A stretch of 64,000 nucleotides of DNA from Crocinitomicaceae bacterium (GTDB lineage Bacteria; Bacteroidota; Bacteroidia; Flavobacteriales_D; Crocinitomicaceae): positions 10,048 to 74,047 of the forward strand of contig JAQWKT010000013.1 in NCBI GenBank assembly GCA_029247685.1. The letters are read 5' to 3'. The notes under the pieces were generated by a model, which was given only the letters and a program-made list of their open reading frames with translations, did not search any database and was not told the DNA's origin. Made by a program: the position numbers and the translations under genes. This document shows positions 57,226-64,000 of this stretch, in pieces (the first letter of the stretch is position 1; each line of letters opens with the position of its first letter).

Positions 57226-57281
57226 GACTACTTGTTAATAAAATAGGTTGCTTTTGGTTTTTTAAAACAGTTGTAGTTGAG

Positions 57282-57289
57282 TACTTTTG
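57282..57289 (+). promoter_or_regulatory. -7 promoter box (TACTTTTG) for the M20 dipeptidase gene
   Basis: Exact TAnnTTTG match, 20 nt upstream of the ATG at 57310. Confidence 0.4.
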
Positions 57290-57309
57290 ACACGGTTTAA
57301 TTTAAAAAA

Positions 57310-58701
57310 ATGGAAAAAACACAAAAATACATTAGTCAACATAACTCAAGATTTTTAGAAGAATTAATGAATTTGTTAAGAATTCCTTCTATTTCAGCAG
57401 ACCCAAAGTACAAAGAGAATGTAATGGATTGTGCTGTTGCATTAAAAGAAGGGTTTGATAAAATGGGCCTTGATAAAACAGAAGTTATTACAACAAATGG
57501 TCATCCAATTGTTTATGGAGAAAAAATAGTAGATATTAACCTACCCACCATTTTAATTTATGGCCACTATGATGTTCAGCCGGCAGACCCATTAGATTTA
57601 TGGCATTCAGATCCTTTTGACCCTCAAATAAAGAAAACTGAAATTCATCCTGAAGGGGCAATATTTGCAAGGGGAGCATGTGATGATAAAGGACAAATGT
57701 TTATGCATGTTAAGGCAATAGAGTCCATGATAATGGAGAAAGAACTTTCATGTAATGTAAAGTTAATGATTGAAGGTGAAGAAGAAATAGGAAGTGAAAA
57801 TCTTGGTTTTTTTGTCCAAGAGAATAAAGAAAAATTAAAAGCAGACATTATTTTGGTTTCGGATACCGGCATGTTAGCAAATGATGTACCATCTATAACA
57901 ACAGGTTTAAGGGGGTTAAGTTATGTGGAAATTGAAGTAACAGGACCTAATAGAGACCTTCACTCTGGTTTATATGGCGGTTGTGTGGCAAATCCCATAA
58001 ATATTTTAAATAAAATGATTGCTTCTCTTCAAGATGAAAACAATCAAATTACAATACCAGGATTTTATGACAAAGTTCTTGTTTTGTCTTCAGAGGAAAG
58101 AAATGAAATGGCAAAAGCACCTTTTTCAGAGCAAAAGTATTGTGCGGCTTTAGATATAGATGCTGTTGTCGGTGAAAAAGAATATTCCACCATGGAAAGA
58201 GGATCGATAAGACCTTCGCTTGATGTTAATGGAATTTGGGGTGGCTACATAGGGGAAGGAGCTAAAACAGTAATCCCATCTAAAGCTAATGCAAAGATTT
58301 CAATGCGCTTGGTGCCCAACCAAGACCCTGATGAGATAACAGAATTGTTTAAAACGCATTTTGAATCAATAGCTCCAAAAGGAGTTAGTGTTGAGGTAAA
58401 ACCACATCATGGGGCCCACCCATCTGTTACGCCAATCGATTCCATTGGTTATAAAGCAGCAAGCATGGCATATGAAAAAACGTTTGCTAAAAAACCTATC
58501 CCTGTTAGAAGTGGTGGAAGTATACCTATTGTCGCAATGTTTGAAAAAGAATTAGGATTAAAAACCATTTTAATGGGTTTTGGTTTAGATAGCGATGCCA
58601 TTCACTCGCCAAACGAGCATTACGGCGTATTTAATTTCAAAAAAGGGATTCAAACAATCCCATACTTTTTTAAGTATTTTAGAGAACTTAACACAAAATA
58701 G
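57310..58701 (+). CDS. M20-family dipeptidase (ArgE/DapE/ACY1/CPG2 clan)
   Basis: GHYDVQP, GACDDKG and IEGEEEIGS metal-ligand motifs. Length 463 aa. Confidence 0.85.
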   Translation: MEKTQKYISQHNSRFLEELMNLLRIPSISADPKYKENVMDCAVALKEGFDKMGLDKTEVITTNGHPIVYGEKIVDINLPTILIYGHYDVQPADPLDLWHSDPFDPQIKKTEIHPEGAIFARGACDDKGQMFMHVKAIESMIMEKELSCNVKLMIEGEEEIGSENLGFFVQENKEKLKADIILVSDTGMLANDVPSITTGLRGLSYVEIEVTGPNRDLHSGLYGGCVANPINILNKMIASLQDENNQITIPGFYDKVLVLSSEERNEMAKAPFSEQKYCAALDIDAVVGEKEYSTMERGSIRPSLDVNGIWGGYIGEGAKTVIPSKANAKISMRLVPNQDPDEITELFKTHFESIAPKGVSVEVKPHHGAHPSVTPIDSIGYKAASMAYEKTFAKKPIPVRSGGSIPIVAMFEKELGLKTILMGFGLDSDAIHSPNEHYGVFNFKKGIQTIPYFFKYFRELNTK

Positions 58702-59169
58702 ATGAAAAAATTAGCTTTTCTTTTTTTAATTACTAGTGTCTTGATTTCTTGTAAGGGATTTAAAGATCCTGTTTTTGTTAGTTTCGATGGAGTGGATTCA
58801 TTTCGTTGGGAACAGGGAAAAAAAGTGAGCTTTAATATTAAATCAACGTTTGAAAATCCAAATGGATATGCATTAAAAATAAAGCCATGCTCTTTAGATG
58901 TATTTGTGGAGAAAAGAAAATTAGGGGTTCTTTGTTTGGAAAAAAAAATAAAGCTAAAGGCAAAAAAAGAAAATAACTTAACGGCCCCCATTTCTGTTAA
59001 ACTTAGTGGTGGAGCTATGTTTGCTTTAATGAAATATGCAAAAAGAGATTCTGTATCTGTTCGATTGGAAGGAGAAATAAAAGGGGGGGTGTTTATTTTT
59101 AGCAAAAAAGCCCCAATTAAGATAGAAAAAACAATTTCGCCAAAATCGCTTAGAGAGTTTAATTTTTAA
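58702..59169 (+). CDS. LEA type-2 (WHy/LEA14-like) family lipoprotein
   Basis: Lipobox LISCKG. The ..ENPNGYALKI.. 'NPN' strand pattern and the length of about 150 aa fit the family. Confidence 0.5.
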   Translation: MKKLAFLFLITSVLISCKGFKDPVFVSFDGVDSFRWEQGKKVSFNIKSTFENPNGYALKIKPCSLDVFVEKRKLGVLCLEKKIKLKAKKENNLTAPISVKLSGGAMFALMKYAKRDSVSVRLEGEIKGGVFIFSKKAPIKIEKTISPKSLREFNF

Positions 59170-59192
59170 AATCATTTAATAACGATTAAAAC

Positions 59193-60713
59193 ATGAAAAA
59201 CCCAGAAGAGTCATTAAAAAGTATTATTTCTCATTCTAAAGAATATGGTTTTATTTTCCCTTCCTCTGAAATTTATGATGGGCTTTCTGCTACATACGAT
59301 TATGGTCCTTTGGGGGTGGAGTTAAAAAATAATATAAAGTCGTATTGGTGGAAAAGCATGACCCAACTACACGAAAACATTGTGGGCCTTGATTCTGCTA
59401 TATTTATGCATCCTAAAACCTGGAAAGCTTCAGGTCATATAGATGCATTTAATGATCCTTTAATTGACAATAAAGATTCTAAAAAAAGATATAGGGCAGA
59501 TGTCTTAATTGAAGATTATATTGAAAAAATTAAGCAAAAAATAGAAAAAGAGGTAAAAAAAGGGAAGAAACGATTTGCTGAAAAATTTGATGAAGATGAG
59601 TTTAGGGCAACTAATCCAAACATATTAAGAAACAAGACCAAAATTTTAGATATAGAGTCTAAAATGAAAAAATCTTTAGAAGAAAACAATTTAGAGGATG
59701 TTAAAAAATTAATAGAAGATCTTGGTATTAAATGCCCTGTCTCAGGATCTAAAAACTGGACAGATGTTCGTCAGTTTAATTTAATGTTTTCTACAAACCT
59801 AGGCTCTGTCTCTGGGGAATCTTCAGAAATTTATTTAAGACCCGAAACAGCACAAGGTATTTTTGTTAATTTTTTGAATGTTCAGAAATCCGGCAGAATG
59901 AAAATCCCTTTTGGGATTGCACAAATTGGAAAAGCATTTAGAAATGAAATAGTTGCTAGGCAATTTATTTTTAGAATGCGGGAATTTGAACAAATGGAGA
60001 TGCAATTTTTTGTTCGCCCAGGGGAAGAAATTAAATGGTATGAATACTGGAAAGATGCGCGCATAAAATGGCACAAAGAGCTTTTTTTGGGAGAAGAAAG
60101 ATATCGTTTTCATGACCATATAAAACTGGCACATTATGCAAATGCTGCCAGTGACATAGAATTTAAATTTCCTATTGGCTTTAAGGAGTTAGAGGGGATT
60201 CATTCAAGGACTGATTTTGATTTAAAGCAGCATGAAGAATTTTCAGGAAGAAAGCTACAATATTTTGATCCAGAAATAGGAGAAAGTTACGTTCCTTATG
60301 TTGTTGAAACTTCTATTGGTTTAGACAGGATGTTTTTGGCTGTTTTAAGCGCATCATACACACAAGAAAAATTAGAAGACTCTTCTGAAAGGGTGGTTTT
60401 AAAAATACCTAAAAAGTTGTCTCCTTATAAAGCAGCAATATTGCCATTATTAAAAAAAGATGGATTGCCTGAATTAGCAAGGAAAATAATGCAGGATTTA
60501 ACTCCATATTTCATGCTTCAATATGATGAGAAAGACTCGATAGGAAAGAGATATAGAAGACAAGATGCCATAGGAACTCCTTATTCTGTTACTATTGATC
60601 ATGATTCTCTAAACGATAACTCTGTTACAATTAGAGATAGGGATTCGATGAATCAACACCGCATTAAAATAGATGAATTAAAAGATTTTTTAGATAAAAA
60701 CATTTTTATTTAA
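59193..60713 (+). CDS. glyQS: Glycine--tRNA ligase (dimeric class II, GlyQS)
   Basis: YDYGPLGVELKNNIK, LRPETAQG, GIAQIGKAFRNEI and VVETSIGLDR. Confidence 0.95.
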   Translation: MKNPEESLKSIISHSKEYGFIFPSSEIYDGLSATYDYGPLGVELKNNIKSYWWKSMTQLHENIVGLDSAIFMHPKTWKASGHIDAFNDPLIDNKDSKKRYRADVLIEDYIEKIKQKIEKEVKKGKKRFAEKFDEDEFRATNPNILRNKTKILDIESKMKKSLEENNLEDVKKLIEDLGIKCPVSGSKNWTDVRQFNLMFSTNLGSVSGESSEIYLRPETAQGIFVNFLNVQKSGRMKIPFGIAQIGKAFRNEIVARQFIFRMREFEQMEMQFFVRPGEEIKWYEYWKDARIKWHKELFLGEERYRFHDHIKLAHYANAASDIEFKFPIGFKELEGIHSRTDFDLKQHEEFSGRKLQYFDPEIGESYVPYVVETSIGLDRMFLAVLSASYTQEKLEDSSERVVLKIPKKLSPYKAAILPLLKKDGLPELARKIMQDLTPYFMLQYDEKDSIGKRYRRQDAIGTPYSVTIDHDSLNDNSVTIRDRDSMNQHRIKIDELKDFLDKNIFI

Positions 60714-60854
60714 TCCATTATTAAGATTAAATAAATGTTAATTATTTATCAACTTGCTTTAAATTAAGCTTAATGCAATACTTTCGCGCAAAATTAAGTG
60801 AGGTATTTTTTTTATATTCAAGAACTTTAATTTAAAACTTAAAAATAATTTTCT

Positions 60855-63477
60855 ATGAAAATCCTTAAAATTCAGGCATTAAGAGGGCCAAATATTTGGA
60901 GCATAAGAAGAAAGAAACTAATCCAAATGCGTCTTGATTTGGAAGAAATGGAGGAACGTCCTACAGATAAAATAGAGGGCTTTGCAGAAAGAATAAAGAA
61001 AATGTTTCCTACAATGATTGAACATCGTTGTTCAGAAGGAACAAGGGGCGGTTTTTTTTATAGAATAGATAGAGGGACCTGGATGGGGCATGTGATAGAG
61101 CACATTGCTCTTGAAATTCAAACTCTCGCTGACATGAATGTTGGTTTTGGTCGAACACGAGAAACAAAAGAAAGAGGAGTTTACAATGTCGTTTTTAATT
61201 ATATAGAAGAAAAAGTTGGTGTTTATGCTGCAAAATCTGCGGTTAGAATAGCAGAAGCACTAATAGCTGGGGAAGAATATGATTTGGATCATGATATTCA
61301 AAAAATGAGAGAGATTCGTGAAGACGTTCGATTGGGTCCAAGTACCGGAAGTATTGTAGAAGAAGCGGTTGCCAGAGATATCCCTTGGGTAAGACTTGGT
61401 TCAAATTCTCTTGTTCAACTTGGCTTTGGTGTTAATCAGATGCGATTTCAGGCTACGATCACTTGTAAGACCTCTAATATAGCTGTAGACATTGCATGTG
61501 ATAAAGAGGATACTAAAAAAATGCTTAAAAATGCTTCTATTCCAGTTGCAAAGGGGGATATTTGTTATGATGAAGAGGATTTGGAATATACGATTAAGGA
61601 TATTGGATATCCAATAGTTATAAAACCACTTGATGGAAATCATGGAAAAGGAGCATCTATAAATGTAACAAACTGGGAGGATGCTGTTGTGGGGCTTAAA
61701 CACGCTAAACAATATTCAAGAAGGGTTATTGTTGAAAGATTTATAACGGGTTTTGATTTTAGAGTTCTAGTTATCGACAACAAAGTAGTAGCTGCGGCTC
61801 AAAGAGTGCCCGCTCATGTAATTGGAGACGGGAAAAGCACCATAAATCAATTGATTGAAAAAGTGAATGAAGATCCAAGAAGAGGATATGGCCACGAAAA
61901 TGTTCTTACACAAATAGACATAGATAAAGATTCTAGAGAGCTCCTTGAAGAGAAAGGATATACAGTAGATAGTATTCTAAAAAAGGAGGAGATTTTATAT
62001 TTAAAGTCAACGGCTAATTTAAGCACTGGAGGAACCTCTATTGATGTGACAGACATGATGCATCCTGAAAATATCTTTTTATCAGAAAGAATATCTAGAG
62101 TGATTGGCTTGGACATTTGCGGGATTGATATTATGGCTTCGAATCTAACGGAATCATTGAAGAACAATGGAGGGGTTATCTTAGAGGTGAATGCTGCGCC
62201 TGGATTTAGGATGCACCTTGCCATCTGAAGGATTGCCAAGAAATGTTGCGGCGCCTGTTATCGAGATGCTTTATCCTCCAGGAAAGCCATCAAGGATTCC
62301 TATTATAGCGGTTACCGGTACAAATGGGAAAACAACAACGACTAGGTTAATGGCTCATATCGTTAAAAATGTGGGACATAAAGTTGGGTTTACCACCTCA
62401 GACGGAATATATATTCAGAATCATATGATGGAAAAAGGCGATACAACTGGTCCATATAGCGCAGAATATGTTTTAAAAGATCCAACCGTCGAATTCGCTG
62501 TTCTTGAAACAGCAAGAGGAGGTATTTTAAGGTCCGGTTTGGGCTTTAGTAAATGCGATATAGGAATAATAACTAACATCCAAGAGGATCACCTTGGTCT
62601 TAGTGATATTCATAATCTTGAAGATTTATCTCGAGTTAAATCCGTGGTAGTTGATAGCGTTAAACCAGAAGGTTGGGCAGTATTAAATGCGGAAGATGAG
62701 AATTGTGTTAAAATAGGAAACTCTCTTCGGTGTAATGTCGCTTACTTTAGTTTAAATGAAGATTGCCCTGTCATTGAAGAACACTGTAAAGAAGGTGGTG
62801 TTGCTGCAATTTATGAAAATGGGTTCATCACCATAAAAAAGGGGGATTGGAAAATCCGTATAGAGAGAGCAACTTTAATACCTTTAACGATGAATGGAAA
62901 GGCGCTTTTCAATATTGCAAATGTTCTTGCAGCAACATTAGCAGCTTACCTTCAGGGTTTTAAAACAGAGGGAATAAGACTTTCTTTATCTACATTTTTA
63001 CCAAGCGCTGCTCAAACGCCAGGAAGACTTAATATTTTTGAGTTTTCTAAGTTTAAGTTTATGATTGATTTTGCACATAATCCAAGTAGTTATAGGGGTA
63101 TAGAAACATTTTTAGCATCTGTAGATGCAAAAAGAAAAATTGGAATTATTTCAGGAGTTGGAGATAGAAGAGACGAGGATATAATAGAATGTGCAAAAAT
63201 TGCAGCAAGAATGTTTGATCATATTATTATAAGACAGGAAAAACATCTTAGAGGAAGAACAGAGAAAGAAATAATAGACTTGATTTTGAAGGGGATAAAT
63301 AAAGAAAATAAACAAGTAACCCATGAGGTTATTTCTTTAGAAATAGATGCAATAAAACATGCTATATCTATTGCTGAAGAAGGAACCTTTATCACAGCTC
63401 TTAGCGATGTTGTAGACAATGCAATTGAAACGGTTCAAAGCTACCTTGATGCCGAGATAGCGGCAGATAAAAAGTAA
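60855..63477 (+). pseudogene. cphA: Cyanophycin synthetase, split by a frameshift at about 62220-62226
   Basis: ORF 60855-62228 begins MKILKIQALRGPNIWSIRR and carries an ATP-grasp domain ending ..EVNAAPGFRMHLAI*. ORF 62191-63477, in the +1 frame, continues ..PSEGLPRNVAAPVIEMLYPPGKPSRIPIIAVTGTNGKTTT (Mur-ligase-like half). Together they give a normal CphA of about 874 aa. Confidence 0.9.
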
Positions 63478-63678
63478 AATATTGAGGGGGGGGCTTTTTT
63501 ATTTACAAACCTGGAAAAAGGTTTTAAAAAAAGAACTAAACCCTTTTAATTCTAAAAATAGTTTAACAAATTGCATTCCATATCAAAAGGTTTTAGAATC
63601 AAAAACCCCCTCTTTTTAGAGCTTGTTTTAAACAAAACAAGATAACGGTTGTTATAAAAATTGTAAAACTGTTTTTTA

Positions 63679-64000
63679 ATGACGAATTGGAAAAAAATTC
63701 AAGGTTATTCTTATTATGAGGTGTCGAATTTAGGTGAGATAAAATCATTATCTAGAGAAAAAAAATTCAAAAATGGACGAATTGTTCAATTTGAATCAAA
63801 AATTAAAAAATTAAGAAAACACCCTAAGAATGGATTCTTAATGACAGATTTAATTGATGATAACGGAAAAAGAAAAACAATTTATCCTCATAAAATAGTT
63901 GCTCAGGTGTTTATTCATAATGATAATCCCAAAAAAAATAAAGTGGTTATTCATAAGGATGGCAAATTAGAAAATAATAATGTTTCTAATTTATACTGGG
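63679..64000 (+). CDS. NUMOD4/HNH homing-endonuclease-like protein; the 3' end lies outside the window
   Basis: My own translation from the ATG at 63679 gives MTNWKKIQGYSYYEVSNLGEIKSLSREKKFKNGR...IHKDGKLENNNVSNLYW. W..I.GY..YEVSN.G.I.S is the NUMOD4 signature, and H.DG...NN...NL.W is HNH_3-like. This ORF is not in the supplied track because no stop is reached. Confidence 0.6.
   Translation, partial: MTNWKKIQGYSYYEVSNLGEIKSLSREKKFKNGRIVQFESKIKKLRKHPKNGFLMTDLIDDNGKRKTIYPHKIVAQVFIHNDNPKKNKVVIHKDGKLENNNVSNLYW

Noticed and set aside
62191-62228. Treating 60855-62228 and 62191-63477 as two genuine overlapping genes.
   Set aside because: The listed Met start of the second ORF lies inside the conserved CphA ATP-grasp sequence in another frame. 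Real homology in that frame only begins at ..PSEGLPRNV.., immediately after the first ORF's last conserved residues. This is the signature of a frameshift, not of two independent genes.
63484-63500. An intrinsic terminator for cphA at GAGGGGGGGGCTTTTTT.
   Set aside because: There is a T-run but no local complementary arm to form a hairpin. The only complement (CCCCCTC) lies about 115 nt downstream.

Overview
This is a visibly AT-rich, densely packed chromosomal segment. I attribute it to Bacteroidota, probably a Flavobacteriia-like lineage, for three reasons: a T9SS type-B ('gliding motility-associated') C-terminal sorting domain, FISUMP domains, and TAnnTTTG -7 promoter boxes in front of many genes. 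I saw about 58 protein-coding genes and no rRNA, tRNA or CRISPR array.

Housekeeping genes include murI, purC, phoH, metK, alaS, ruvX, yraN, rluB-like, lipB, add, mutS, metF, a thiolase, pheS and glyQS. They are interleaved with many cell-envelope genes.

The clearest accessory block is a pseudaminic-acid (nonulosonic acid) glycan locus at about 10.3-22.1 kb. It holds a Wzx-type flippase, a GT2, a GT42/DUF115-like transferase, pseB, pseC, a Pse-associated methylase, pseF, a tandem-GNAT pseH, pseI and a YfhO-like membrane protein. No pseG is recognisable.

The most unusual signals are:
- Two in-frame TGA codons sit exactly where conserved glycines are expected, one in the membrane pyrophosphatase hppA and one inside the T9SS sorting domain of a large adhesin-like protein.
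- The cyanophycin synthetase gene is frameshifted.
- A Cys/Lys/His-rich lipoprotein carries an internal 42-nt duplication.
- Three tandem paralogous small lipoproteins head an ABC-exporter operon.
- A dihydroorotase-like protein has lost its metal ligands.
- A 9-nt x5 tandem repeat supplies in-frame stop codons for add.
- A NUMOD4/HNH homing-endonuclease-like gene runs off the right edge.

All functional calls come from motif and family recognition by eye. No database search or computation was run.
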